Positions 1-9,969 of a stretch of DNA of 64,000 bases are shown piece after piece. The notes below the pieces were generated by a model that saw only the letters and a list, made by a program, of their open reading frames with translations, ran no database searches and was not told where the DNA came from. Every line of letters begins with the position of its first letter. Position 1 is the stretch's first letter. A program made the translations under genes and the position numbers. This stretch comes from an uncultured Candidatus Berkelbacteria bacterium (GTDB taxonomy: Bacteria; Patescibacteriota; UBA1384; UBA12157; JAENIV01). The DNA is taken from NCBI GenBank assembly GCA_963698075.1, contig OY969116.1, positions 400,097-464,096 on the forward strand, given 5' to 3'.

Positions 1-246
1 GATGATTTTGCCATCATAAACAGCCCAGACCATGTATCCTTGACCCTTGTTAAAATAAGCTAAATTTTCTTTAAGCCACGTCTCTTCTTCGGTGCGGGTC
101 TTTGGCTTACCCGTCAAAGTCAGAAAGGAATCGTCCTCCACTAGTCGGTTAACGAATTCCAAAAGAGAACCCAGCCGTTCCATTGACGGTTCCCAAATCT
201 CAATTTCTCTGCCTTTTTTGGTGGTAAATTTGGCGATTGGTTTCAT
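1..246 (-). CDS. hypothetical protein, partial. ATG at 246..244 and the C-terminus runs off the window start. Translationally coupled to ddl by an ATGA overlap.
   Basis: Open minus-strand frame MKPIAKFTTKKGREIEIWEPSMERLGSLLEFVNRLVEDD... with no stop before position 1. Its ATG overlaps the ddl TGA stop (243-245). No recognisable motif. Confidence 0.4.
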   Translation of the reverse strand, partial: MKPIAKFTTKKGREIEIWEPSMERLGSLLEFVNRLVEDDSFLTLTGKPKTRTEEETWLKENLAYFNKGQGYMVWAVYDGKII

Positions 247-1343
247 TTTTCAAAATAAGATGTTTTTAGTTTTTTTTCTTTATCAAAACGCTCTAATGCT
301 AATTGAATTAATTTATCTATTAAATCAGGATAGCTTAAACCGCTTGCTTCCCAAAGTTTCGGATACATGCTTATTTTCGTAAATCCAGGAATAGTATTTA
401 GCTCATTGACGATCAGGTCATTTTCTCTAAGAAAGAAATCAACCCGTGCCATGCCCTCACAAGAACAAATCTTAAAAGATTTTATCGCTAATTCTTGTAC
501 TCTCCGAGTTAGTTTAGATGATATTTTAGCCGGTATTTCCAAAACTGCCCCATTTTCATCAATGTACTTTGCTCTGTAAGAATAAAATTCATCTTTTACT
601 TTGACTTCGCCTGGGATTGATGCGATTGGATTATCATTTCCTAACACCGAACATTCAATCTCTCTGCCATCAATAGCTTCTTCAAATAATATTTTTCTGT
701 CAAAGGCGAACGCTTCTTCAACTGCTTTCTGAAATTCATTTTTATTGTGAATCTTATTTATACCCACTGATGAACCAAGATTTGCGGGTTTTACGAAAAA
801 AGGCAAACCCAGTTGACGTTTTATTTCCTCAAACTCTATTTTTTTGTTTTTGGTAGAAATAAATTTCGCGGTTGGGATCCTGGCCTCTTTAAAAAGCCTT
901 TTCATTACATCTTTATCCATCCCAATAGCTGACCCTAAAACGCTTGATCCAACAAAGGGTATTCCAGCGAGCTTAAATAATCCCTGAATAGTACCATCCT
1001 CTCCCATTGGACCATGTAAAATCGGGAAAACGACATCGACAACTCCGACTGTTGAACGATCTGTATTGTTTAATAATTCCCCCGATTTACCACTTGCTAC
1101 CATAGACACACTCTTTGCCGATGAATTTTCTTTGTTTAGTTTGATTAACTTCGGATCTTCGGAATTTAATAAATATTCCGCTGGACTGTTCAAATACCAT
1201 CGGCCATCTTTATCAATGCCGATAGGAATGATATCGTATTTAGATCGATCGATAGCTTCAATAACATTTTTGGCTGATTGAAGCGATACTTCGTTTTCAG
1301 CCGAAACACCCCCAAATAATACTGCTACTTTAATTTTCCTCAT
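243..1343 (-). CDS. ddl: D-alanine--D-alanine ligase. Likely true start is the MRKIKVAVLFGG ATG at 1343; the ORF track extends to 1439.
   Basis: VAVLFGGVSAENEVSLQSA..., ATP-grasp motifs GPMGEDGTIQGL and VKPANLGSSVG, and length typical of Ddl. Confidence 0.9.
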   Translation of the reverse strand: MRKIKVAVLFGGVSAENEVSLQSAKNVIEAIDRSKYDIIPIGIDKDGRWYLNSPAEYLLNSEDPKLIKLNKENSSAKSVSMVASGKSGELLNNTDRSTVGVVDVVFPILHGPMGEDGTIQGLFKLAGIPFVGSSVLGSAIGMDKDVMKRLFKEARIPTAKFISTKNKKIEFEEIKRQLGLPFFVKPANLGSSVGINKIHNKNEFQKAVEEAFAFDRKILFEEAIDGREIECSVLGNDNPIASIPGEVKVKDEFYSYRAKYIDENGAVLEIPAKISSKLTRRVQELAIKSFKICSCEGMARVDFFLRENDLIVNELNTIPGFTKISMYPKLWEASGLSYPDLIDKLIQLALERFDKEKKLKTSYFEK

Positions 1344-1466
1344 GTATCCTTTTTGGCTTGCGAGCTTGGCGATTGGTTTTTGAGACATTTTTACATTTAA
1401 TAATTCGACGGCGGAACTTGCCGGTTTGCTTTTTGGCATAATTTAGGTAGGATTTTTGGGCCACCT

Positions 1467-1637
1467 TTAAGCCGCTTTGGCTGGTCGGCGGGGAATGCGG
1501 TGACCGGCGGCGCGGGCTTTGGACAAATTGACAGCCGCCTCTTGGCGTTTGCAACCGGCCTTGGTCGGATGACGACCCAAAATCTTCTTGCCGTCGTGGC
1601 TGTAAAGATACCACTTTTTCCCGACTTTTTTGATCAT
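1467..1637 (-). CDS. small basic protein (about 56 aa), GC-rich, function unknown
   Basis: ATG at 1637 with strong SD (GAAGGAGACCAAATG). The ATGA overlap with the stop of the upstream methyltransferase suggests coupling. Sequence MIKKVGKKWYLYSHDGKKILGRHPTKAG...; locally high GC. Confidence 0.4.
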   Translation of the reverse strand: MIKKVGKKWYLYSHDGKKILGRHPTKAGCKRQEAAVNLSKARAAGHRIPRRPAKAA

Positions 1638-2257
1638 TTGGTCTCCTTCTGGCCTGTAACTTGAACCCATTTTGTTTGACCAGAGTTTAAAATACTTGAA
1701 TCGATAATTTTTATGTTTGAATCTTTCAAATACTTTTCAATCTCATCCTTAGTATAATAACTATAAAATCTTTGATATTCATAACCGTAATCATTTTCTT
1801 TAACGATTTCTTCATCAATCCCTTTATTGGATTCTTTAACCGCAATATAAATATATCCCTTAGGTTTTAATAAATCTACCCATTTTTTAATAATTTCGGC
1901 TGCTTTCTTTTTCGGGACATGGAGCAAACATGCTTGCGCAAATACTCCATCAAATTTTCCTTTAAAAGTAATGCCCTCCATATCCATCACTTGAAAAATC
2001 CCTTCTGGTGCGTTTTTCCGAGCAAGCTTAATCATTTTTTCTGAGATATCTATACCAACCACCTTTAAACCTTTGTCTATAATAGCTCTTGACTTAAGAC
2101 CTGAGCCACAACCGATATCCAAAATTTTAGATCCTTTTTTGAATAATGATGCAAATTTCTTTGCTGCCTCAACTGACCAAATGTCATTTTGATGATCTTG
2201 ATTCCAGTCTTCAGCAATTTTATTATAAGTTTTCTTAAGATTTTCTTTATAATCCAT
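1634..2257 (-). CDS. class I SAM-dependent methyltransferase. Start chosen at MDYKEN (2257) to avoid overlap with the Nudix gene.
   Basis: Motif I ILDIGCGSGLKS followed by VVGIDISEKMI; methyltransferase type 11 pattern. Confidence 0.8.
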   Translation of the reverse strand: MDYKENLKKTYNKIAEDWNQDHQNDIWSVEAAKKFASLFKKGSKILDIGCGSGLKSRAIIDKGLKVVGIDISEKMIKLARKNAPEGIFQVMDMEGITFKGKFDGVFAQACLLHVPKKKAAEIIKKWVDLLKPKGYIYIAVKESNKGIDEEIVKENDYGYEYQRFYSYYTKDEIEKYLKDSNIKIIDSSILNSGQTKWVQVTGQKETK

Positions 2258-2723
2258 ATTTATTTTTTGCAAATATTTTCTTGATAAATTCGGCTTCTTT
2301 AGCAAATTGAGAATGAAGCGGCTTAGGCAAGTTATCTAAAGTAAACCAACCGATTTTCTCAATTTTCTCCGGATCAGCATTTTTGACTTTTTTAGGATTT
2401 ACTAATACCCAGTGTAAATTTTTAATCCAATGGGTCTTTCGACCATTATGTTTCCTCAGGACGTTCGCTGTTCCAAGATACTCAATTTTCATTGGTTTTA
2501 CGCCGTATTCTTCCTTTACTTCACGATTTATGGTCTCTTCAAATGTTTCACCAAATTCCATTGAACCTGCACCGCAATCCCATCGACCTTGCTCGTCGCG
2601 GCATTTGGCACTACGTTTATGTAACAATAAACGATTCTTTGAATCGTGGCACCAGAAAACACAATTGACGCCTATGTATTCAAATCCTCGCTGCATATCT
2701 TTTTTATGATATTTATCTCCCAT
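2247..2723 (-). CDS. Nudix hydrolase
   Basis: Nudix box GAGSMEFGETFEETINREVKEEYGV (GX5EX7REUXEEXGU). Confidence 0.8.
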   Translation of the reverse strand: MGDKYHKKDMQRGFEYIGVNCVFWCHDSKNRLLLHKRSAKCRDEQGRWDCGAGSMEFGETFEETINREVKEEYGVKPMKIEYLGTANVLRKHNGRKTHWIKNLHWVLVNPKKVKNADPEKIEKIGWFTLDNLPKPLHSQFAKEAEFIKKIFAKNKYGL

Positions 2724-2806
2724 GGCCTTATATTTTTACAACTTTAAATTTACCCTCGGTTTTGTTTTTACTGACAATATGCATATTATTTTAGCCAAGA
2801 AATTTC

Positions 2807-4036
2807 TTAATTCTGAATCATTGTATTATTCACAAGATATGCAGAAACATCGTCGCAACCATAATTAAAAGTTTGTTCCTCGCCCGCCTTCAACACCAAG
2901 CTTATAAGCCGCGATTTATCCAGCAGCCCACAGCGCACATAATAAATATTTGCCGGACCTTCATTTTTTACTTTAGTCTGATCTCTGCCTTTATTGACGG
3001 TCATGACTGCCGATATATCAGCGAGAGCTGAATTATTAAAATTAGCTAAAATTTCCCTTACATATTTTGCGGTCTCAAACTTAGACTCGCGACTCGGTTC
3101 AATTTGGCTGTATTCATACCATTCGTTCCATGAAGTAATGTAAAGCCAATTAGCATTGTTTTTTTTGGCAATCTCATAGCGAGCGTCTAGATACTGTCCA
3201 TTGGAACGATCAACTTCAAAACCTGATTTTTCCAATTTACTCGTTCCGCCAATTAAAGTTGCAATTAGCGCTCGGTTAAGGTCTTTTAAGTGGGCATAAT
3301 GGTTTGAAGTATCGTTAAGACTAATGTACTTATCCGCATAAGTAGTTATCGTCTGAAAATATTTAAAATAATCATCCGATACATCCCAGTTATCTGGCAT
3401 TGCCACATAATAGGCATCGCCGGTGGAAGCTTTAATTTCGTCTAAGATTTTTTGCCAGCGATCCAAATCAATCGTTTGAGGATTATAGACAAAGATAACC
3501 GGCAATCCGTTAAGTTTCAAATAGGCAGGATGTTCTTTGCTCAGATTAATTAAATATGTTAATTCATCAACAAAAGTTTTATTTGCTGCTTTATACTCAA
3601 AATTAATATTTTCATACAAAGGGGTAATTTTGAAATTTAGATATTCATTCGAACTTTCAATTTTCGTCAGCATCTTGATAAATGCTCTATCATTCTGATT
3701 ATCGATCCCATTCCAGGAGAACAAAAAACCATCAAGCCCGATATCCGAGGCCAAAGTAAGTTGATAATCAATTGTCTCATCATCTTGTGGATTATAGGAT
3801 CCGGCTAAAGGATGCTCGGCATCGGTATATTCAGCCCATGCAGGATTTTTATAATACCAGCCATAGTAACTAGCCAGAGCAATTTTATCATCCAGCGTGA
3901 ATTCTTTTTGATTTTTGTTAATAGTTGGTGATGAAGATGGATTTGGTGTTTTTTTGTTATAAATAAAAAACGCGCCCCAACCAGCAACAACTATCAAAAT
4001 AAAAAAGATAACAATTCTAATTAGCCATTTTTTCAT
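2807..4036 (-). CDS. membrane-anchored secreted protein, putative glycoside-hydrolase-like (TIM-barrel-like) domain
   Basis: N-terminal TM helix (LIRIVIFFILIVVAGWGAFFIY) followed by a W/Y-rich domain (YGWYYKNPAWAEYTD...DGFLFSWNGID). The family call is tentative. Confidence 0.35.
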   Translation of the reverse strand: MKKWLIRIVIFFILIVVAGWGAFFIYNKKTPNPSSSPTINKNQKEFTLDDKIALASYYGWYYKNPAWAEYTDAEHPLAGSYNPQDDETIDYQLTLASDIGLDGFLFSWNGIDNQNDRAFIKMLTKIESSNEYLNFKITPLYENINFEYKAANKTFVDELTYLINLSKEHPAYLKLNGLPVIFVYNPQTIDLDRWQKILDEIKASTGDAYYVAMPDNWDVSDDYFKYFQTITTYADKYISLNDTSNHYAHLKDLNRALIATLIGGTSKLEKSGFEVDRSNGQYLDARYEIAKKNNANWLYITSWNEWYEYSQIEPSRESKFETAKYVREILANFNNSALADISAVMTVNKGRDQTKVKNEGPANIYYVRCGLLDKSRLISLVLKAGEEQTFNYGCDDVSAYLVNNTMIQN

Positions 4037-4063
4037 TTTTTTGCTTTCTTCAAAAAATATCAG

Positions 4064-6703
4064 TTATCTCCCATGGCACTTCTTATACTTTTTACCCGAA
4101 CCGCATGGACAGGGCTCATTGCGGCCGACTTTGGGGAAAATGCCGCCAGAGGATGTGGTTGGCCGTGATTCGCCGCGTTTTCTAACAGTAACTTCTACCC
4201 CGGAATTAGAGGTATTTTGAACCTGATTTAACACCTCACTCCGTTGAGGTGTTGGATTTTCCGTTAACGGCTCAGGGGGTGAGCCGTTAGAAACGTTCCC
4301 GAAAGTTCCGGCGGCCATTTGTTCATCTGCCCCGCGCATTTGCATCGCCCGCGCTGGCTGCTCAACTGCCAATCTTCGCGGTTGCGGCTGAATTTCCGCT
4401 TTCAATAATATTTCTACCACTTGGGCATTAATATTGCCAAGCAAACGCTGGAATAAAGCATAAGACTCGGCCTTGTATTCGACGAGCGGATCGCGCTGAC
4501 CGTAACCGCGTAGCCCGATTCCTTCGCGCAATAAATCCATGGCATTTAAATGCTCTATCCACATGGTGTCAATCGACCGCAAATAAACCATCCGCTCAAC
4601 ATTATCCATTACCTCTTTGCCAACTCGATCATATTTTGTTTGATATTCCGCCCGCGCTTCATCGTCCATCAAATCCAGGATTTCTTGATGGATGTCGCCG
4701 CCTTCTAAAATCTTTCGCCGTTTTGAATAAATGGCCTGGCGATGTTTATTGGCGACATCGTCGTATTCAACGAGGTGCTTTCGAATATCAAAGTTGTGGC
4801 CTTCAACTTTTTTCTGGGCCGATTCAATAGAGCGCGAGATAAGCGAGTGTTCGATAGGGACGTCATCGGGCAACCTCAAGGTGCTCATTAAATTTTTCAT
4901 CCGATCGCCGCCAAAAATTCTCATTAAATCATCATCCATTGAAACATAAAATTGCGACGTGCCCGGATCGCCCTGGCGACCAGAACGACCGCGAAGTTGA
5001 TTATCAATTCGCCGCGCTTCGTGCCGTTCAGTGCCCAAAACGTGCAAACCGCCGGCTTTGACTACTTTTTCATGCTCAATCTTGTCAAAGGGCGAACCGC
5101 CTAAAACAATGTCCACACCACGTCCTGCCATGTTGGTTGCTACCGTCACGTTACTTGGCCGACCGGCTTGAGCAATAATTTTAGCTTCCCGTTCGTGGTG
5201 CTTGGCATTTAAAACTTCGTGTTTAACCCCCAGGCGTTTGAGTATCCGCGATAAACGCTCACTTTTTTCAATCGAAATTGTTCCCACCAAAAGCGGCTGA
5301 CCAGCTTCCGAGCGTTTTTGAATTTCGGCGGCCACCGCATTAAACTTGGCCTCTTCAGTTTTGTAGATTTGATCTTGTAAATCTTTGCGAATCATCGGCA
5401 TATTCGTCGGAATCACAACGACATCTAATTTATAGATTTTATAAAATTCCTCGGCTTCAGTTTCTGCTGTCCCAGTCATGCCCGCCAATTTTTTATACAT
5501 TCGAAATAAATTCTGAAAAGAAATCGTCGCCAAAGTATCGGATTCCCGCTGAACTTCAACGCCTTCTTTGGCTTCAATGGCTTGATGAAGACCCTCGCTG
5601 TAACGCCGACCAGGCATCAAACGACCAGTGAATTCGTCAACTATAATGACTTCGCCGTTTTTAACAACATAGTCTTTATCTTTTTTATAAAGGGCGTGAG
5701 CAATTAAAGCTTCTTCCAAATGATGGACAAGTTGAATTGATTTTGTATCATAAACAGTTTCCAAGCCCAGCATGCCCTCGACTTTTTTCATGCCAGCATC
5801 GGTGAGAGTGACGGAGCGCATTTTTTCGTCAACTTCAAAATCTCCCGCCTCGGCGCTGTCCGCCTCGGATCGGCGAGACGGGCCGAGTCGCGACGGGTCT
5901 TTTGCCTTTAACTTAGGCACCATCATCGCAAACTGACGATATAAACTGGCCGATTCTTCGGCCGGCGCCGAAATAATTAAAGGCGTGCGCGCCTCATCAA
6001 TTAAAATCGAGTCTACCTCATCAACAATGGCATAGTGTATATCCCTTTGGACCATCTGTTCTCGCGACTGGACCATATTGTCGCGCAAATAATCGAAACC
6101 GAATTCATTATTAGTACCGTAAGTAATGTCCGCGGCGTAAGCGTCTTTTCTCGAAATTGGCAAAAGATTTTCGTATTCGATTGAGACTGGATCAACATCG
6201 CGCTTATTCGGTGTAAACAAAAAAGACGATTCATGATTAATCACCGCCGCCTTGAGTCCTAATTTATCGTAAATCGGCCCCATCCAAGCACAATGAAAGC
6301 GAGCCAAATAATCGTTGACTGTCACCAAATGCGCGCCCTTGCCTTCTAGCGCATTTAAATATAAAGGCAAAGTTGCCACAAGGGTTTTTCCTTCACCAGT
6401 TTTCATTTCCGCGATTTTACCTTGATGAAGAACAATACCACCGATTAATTGAACATCAAAATGTCGCTGGCCAATGGTTCTTTTAGCCGCTTCTCTTACC
6501 GCCGCAAAAGCTTCCGGCAAAATATCATCCAAAGCTTCATCTTTGGCAAGCCGCTCTTTGAATTCGGCTGTTTTTTCTTTTAACTGATTATCGGTTAATT
6601 TTTGATAATCGGCTTCGAGTCCATTTATCTTATCAACCGTTGGCTTCAGCTGACCGATCACTTTTTCATTACTATCAAAAATTTTCCCTAAAAATCCGAG
6701 CAT
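4064..6703 (-). CDS. secA: preprotein translocase ATPase SecA
   Basis: DEAD-motor motifs, 879 aa, and a C-terminal zinc-binding tail [14 protein letters not shown]. Confidence 0.95.
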
Positions 6704-6765
6704 TTAGAGTCCTTTCGACCTTATTTTACCATATTTTAGGGTAAAAGAAAACCGGCGAAACTACT

Positions 6766-6794
6766 TGACTTAGAAACAACAATATGGTAATATA
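6766..6794 (+). promoter_or_regulatory. sigma70-like promoter TTGACT-N17-TAATAT driving the GC-rich gene at 6922
   Basis: ttgacttagaaacaacaatatggtaatat. It is followed by a roughly 125-nt leader containing a GC hairpin (ctggccgtcggccag) and an AAGGAG SD. Confidence 0.5.
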
Positions 6795-6921
6795 TCTTAT
6801 GCCCCATAGGCACAATGTTTTGCATTCTGAACAATAGAGGCAATTTGGACAATCTATCTCCTGCCGAACCCTGGCCGTCGGCCAGAGGTTGCCAAGGTCG
6901 CAAGACCAAAAGGAGAAGAAG

Positions 6922-7581
6922 ATGTCAGCCTCTATGTCGAGGAAGGAACAGATCGTCAGTTGGGTCAAAAGCGAGCTTGAAAAAGCTGTCAACGAAACAC
7001 AGGAAATGGCAGCCAAGCTGCGCTATGCCAAGGTGGTGGCTCGAACAGCCGAAGGCCTTGAGGCCCATGCAGAGATGGCTTACCGCCAAATCAAACAAAA
7101 GAAACGCGCTGACTACCGACAAATCGGCCAGATGTGGTTCACCGCCGCCCTGCTACGTCTTCCAGAAACCATGAGATTCCGATTCCACCTCGAGCATGTT
7201 CAAAATGACCCCTTGATTCGTCGCGATGTTGTTATGGGGGCTTCCAACTTTGCCCGGGGGCTCGACATCTACTTCGATGCCGAGCGGATTGAAGCTATGA
7301 GGCTGGGTGTCGAACTTCTCTGTGAGGACAAACAAGTCGCAGATCTGATCAAACCGGTAATCCGTGTGATCAACCTCAAGCACATACTTACCCTGTCTTT
7401 GACCATGGTCGGCATCTCACCAGCAACACTTTCGGCGACAATGATCGAAGGTATAATCAAAGAAACCAAACACCATCCTAATACCGCTGTTAAAGAAATG
7501 CTCGATGGCCTCCTTGAAGCCATCACGGCGGTGGCGCCAACTACGGGCGAGGTGCTAATGACAATCTACAATAGTTGTTGA
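6922..7581 (+). CDS. hypothetical protein, high-GC cassette gene A (about 220 aa from the SD-supported ATG at 6922)
   Basis: SD aaaggagaag 7 nt upstream. About 55% GC against a roughly 37% background. All-helical sequence with no recognised motif. Confidence 0.55.
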   Translation: MSASMSRKEQIVSWVKSELEKAVNETQEMAAKLRYAKVVARTAEGLEAHAEMAYRQIKQKKRADYRQIGQMWFTAALLRLPETMRFRFHLEHVQNDPLIRRDVVMGASNFARGLDIYFDAERIEAMRLGVELLCEDKQVADLIKPVIRVINLKHILTLSLTMVGISPATLSATMIEGIIKETKHHPNTAVKEMLDGLLEAITAVAPTTGEVLMTIYNSC

Positions 7582-7587
7582 GTCCAA

Positions 7588-7620
7588 GCCACAAGCTCTC
7601 GAGAGCTTGTGGCTTTTTCT
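7588..7620 (+). terminator. rho-independent terminator of gene A
   Basis: gccacaagctctc/gagagcttgtggc perfect stem followed by TTTTTCT. Confidence 0.75.
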
Positions 7621-7690
7621 ATATTTACCTTTCTTTTTCTTTATAGTTCTAAACCGCTTGAGCCCATTTCGTAAATGGTCTTTAATTGGT

Positions 7691-7724
7691 CAGTTAAAGA
7701 AAAGCGGCGAAACTACTCCGCCGC
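7691..7724 (-). terminator. rho-independent terminator of gene B; the stop codon lies inside the stem
   Basis: On the minus strand GCGGCGGAGTAGTTTCGCCGC followed by TTTTCTTT. Confidence 0.65.
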
Positions 7725-8153
7725 TGGTACAGACATCGCTCGTTCAAGCTCTTTGCGAGCTGCCTCTTTCCAGGCATCGCATTCAATCATCATCTGATTG
7801 AGAATTTCTACGTAGAGACACCTAGCAAGCTCATCATCATCAATCTCTTTCATCTGTGGAGGCCAGATGAGTTTCAACTTGCCAGTTGCGGCCATTCCAT
7901 CAAATTCAACCCTAATGTTCATCTCGGGAAATGCATCGTCTCCGGTCCAAAAAACAGTTGCTCTCCTAAGCGAAACGAAACAAAGCTCTGTGGTCATAAG
8001 TTTACCGATGGTTTGATAAAGGACCTCTACGGCTCTCTCAATGAGATTCGATTCAACAGCTCGGCCAAATCCAACCCTCGTACGGAAATTCAGCTCAACT
8101 TCCCAACCCACTTTCATTCTCGTACCACAATAAGCCCTTACACCACCTCGCAT
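7713..8153 (-). CDS. hypothetical protein, high-GC cassette gene B (146 aa)
   Basis: Strong SD (CCGGAGGAAACATG). Elevated GC, convergent with gene A, and has its own terminator. Confidence 0.5.
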   Translation of the reverse strand: MRGGVRAYCGTRMKVGWEVELNFRTRVGFGRAVESNLIERAVEVLYQTIGKLMTTELCFVSLRRATVFWTGDDAFPEMNIRVEFDGMAATGKLKLIWPPQMKEIDDDELARCLYVEILNQMMIECDAWKEAARKELERAMSVPAAE

Positions 8154-8291
8154 CGTGGTTTCCTCCGGTCAAAGAAACTATCACAATAATATGATATAGA
8201 TAAAAATCTGTCAATCATTTATTTAGACATTTTATCATTAGAACATTGGAAATTAATTGAAAATTGAGAATTGGAAATTGAAAATTTCCCT

Positions 8292-8657
8292 TTAGATCTC
8301 CCCTTCCGCCTCTTCCTCTAATTCCGCCTCGTGATACTTTTGGGGATATCGAGTGCCAATTTTTATCTGCTCTTTATATTTAGAAACTTGTGTCTCAAAG
8401 CGCTCTTCGATTAGATCAATTGAGCCCATAAAATCATTCGTCACTTCTTCAATGTGAATTGGGTTTTTAAGCCCTGGCAGGGTGGCGGTCAAACAAACCG
8501 CTTGATCATTGCCCTTTGGCCCCATAAAATTGCTCAAAACGATCTCAAGAGTCGCTGGCTCTTTAACCATTTTTTCAAATCTTCTAAATCTCTCGTTAAT
8601 GTAACCCCTTAAATTGTCATCAACTTTAAATTGCTTACCAGAGATAGTTATCTTCAT
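8292..8657 (-). CDS. hpf: ribosome hibernation promoting factor (HPF/RaiA short form)
   Basis: MKITISGKQFKVDDNLRGYINERFRRFEKMV...; 121 aa; ATGA overlap with the serS stop. Confidence 0.8.
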   Translation of the reverse strand: MKITISGKQFKVDDNLRGYINERFRRFEKMVKEPATLEIVLSNFMGPKGNDQAVCLTATLPGLKNPIHIEEVTNDFMGSIDLIEERFETQVSKYKEQIKIGTRYPQKYHEAELEEEAEGEI

Positions 8658-9886
8658 CGTTTAATTTCCTTAAAATCAACATATTTCAGTAAAACTTCCG
8701 GCACTTTCACCGAACCATCCTTTTCTTGGTAGTTTTCCAAAATCGCAATCAGCATCCGGCCGATAGCGACGGCGGTGCCGTTGATAGTGTGGACGAATTC
8801 ATTTCCTTTTTCTGATTTATAGCGAATACTTAAACGCCTCGCTTGGAAATCAGTGCAGTTAGACGCCGAATGAGTCTCGCGATACTTACCCTGCCCCGGC
8901 AACCAAGTTTCGATATCAATGGTTTTGGCCGCCGGCATTCCTAACTCGCCGGCACAAAGTTTGACGACGCGATATGGCAGCTCCAATCCTTTCATGATTT
9001 TTTCTTCAAGCTCCACTATCAAACCAAGTTCTTTTTCAGAATCTTTGGATTCACAAAAGGTAAACATTTCGAGTTTATCAAATTGATGAACGCGAAATAT
9101 GCCGTGAGTATCCTTGCCATATGAGCCAGCTTCGCGCCTCAAACAAGTTGAAAAAGCCACAAATCGCTGCGGTAGATCTCGCAATATTTCATTAGCATAA
9201 TACGGCAAGATTGATTGTTCGGATGTGCCCACGGCCACCATTTCGTCATTTTTCATGTGATAGGCGTCGTCATTGGTGGCTTCAAAATGACCCGAGCCCC
9301 AAGCCATATCATTTTTAATCAAAATCGGCGGAATCATGGCTCGAAATCCCTCTTTTTTAATTATTTCCATCGCGTATTGAATCAAAGCAAACTCGAGCTC
9401 GACTGCTTCATTTTTTAGATAATAAAATCTTGAGCCAGAAACTTTGCTGGCCCGTTCGATATCGATAAGGTCCAATTTTTTACCAATTTCTACATGATCA
9501 TTACCTTTTTTGAGTCCGATTTTGCCGACTGTTTTGATTATTTCATTTTGCGACTCATCTTTGCCTTCCGGAACATCGGAAAGGGGAATGTTGGGAATTT
9601 TGACAGCCTCAATTTTAAAATTTTCCTCCGCTTCAGCCAGTTGCGGCTCAAGATCTTTGAGCATTTTTTTAATTTCCTTTGCTCGATCGGTGCGTCGGCT
9701 GACGGACTTCCCCTCCTTGGCCATTTTGTTGTGGGCGGCCCTAAGCATCTCAATCCGCGCCATCAAGCCCCGCCGCTCCTCATCCAACTCCAAAACCTTA
9801 TCCACATCACATTTAAACTGGCATTTTTGAGCAATATCCTTTTTTACTTCCTTCAAATTTTCCCGAACATATTTTATATCAAGCAT
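8654..9886 (-). CDS. serS: seryl-tRNA synthetase. Start at MLDIKYVREN; the ORF-track N-terminal extension reads through a terminator hairpin and is rejected.
   Basis: Class II aaRS motifs, N-terminal coiled-coil arm, and GYTPCFRREAGS-like motif 2 (CLRREAGSYGKD). Confidence 0.9.
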   Translation of the reverse strand: MLDIKYVRENLKEVKKDIAQKCQFKCDVDKVLELDEERRGLMARIEMLRAAHNKMAKEGKSVSRRTDRAKEIKKMLKDLEPQLAEAEENFKIEAVKIPNIPLSDVPEGKDESQNEIIKTVGKIGLKKGNDHVEIGKKLDLIDIERASKVSGSRFYYLKNEAVELEFALIQYAMEIIKKEGFRAMIPPILIKNDMAWGSGHFEATNDDAYHMKNDEMVAVGTSEQSILPYYANEILRDLPQRFVAFSTCLRREAGSYGKDTHGIFRVHQFDKLEMFTFCESKDSEKELGLIVELEEKIMKGLELPYRVVKLCAGELGMPAAKTIDIETWLPGQGKYRETHSASNCTDFQARRLSIRYKSEKGNEFVHTINGTAVAIGRMLIAILENYQEKDGSVKVPEVLLKYVDFKEIKR

Positions 9887-9913
9887 TCTAGATTTATTAT
9901 ATCCTGTTATTTT

Positions 9914-9956
9914 AAAAAGAAAAAGGGGCGAATACCGTTCGAACGGTATTCGCCCC
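9914..9956 (-). terminator. rho-independent terminator of gene C
   Basis: Perfect 14-bp palindrome ggggcgaataccgttcgaacggtattcgcccc followed on the minus strand by TTTTTCTTTTT. Confidence 0.8.
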
Positions 9957-9969
9957 AGTATGTGCATTA

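Noticed and set aside
92-382. Antisense/overlapping ORFs listed in the track (e.g. 92..382, 1330..1614, 6726..7016, 6815..7174, 9494..10105, 9510..9830, 23692..24003, 24898..25242, 52970..53257 and similar)
   Set aside because: They are embedded in, or antisense to, well-supported conserved genes, have low-complexity or compositionally odd translations, and lack RBS support. Treated as spurious.
6747-7718. 13-nt exact direct repeat cggcgaaactact at 6747..6759 and 7706..7718, flanking gene A
   Set aside because: Exact 13-15-mers are expected several times by chance in 64 kb of AT-biased sequence. The second copy is simply part of the gene B terminator hairpin. Not treated as att-like repeats.
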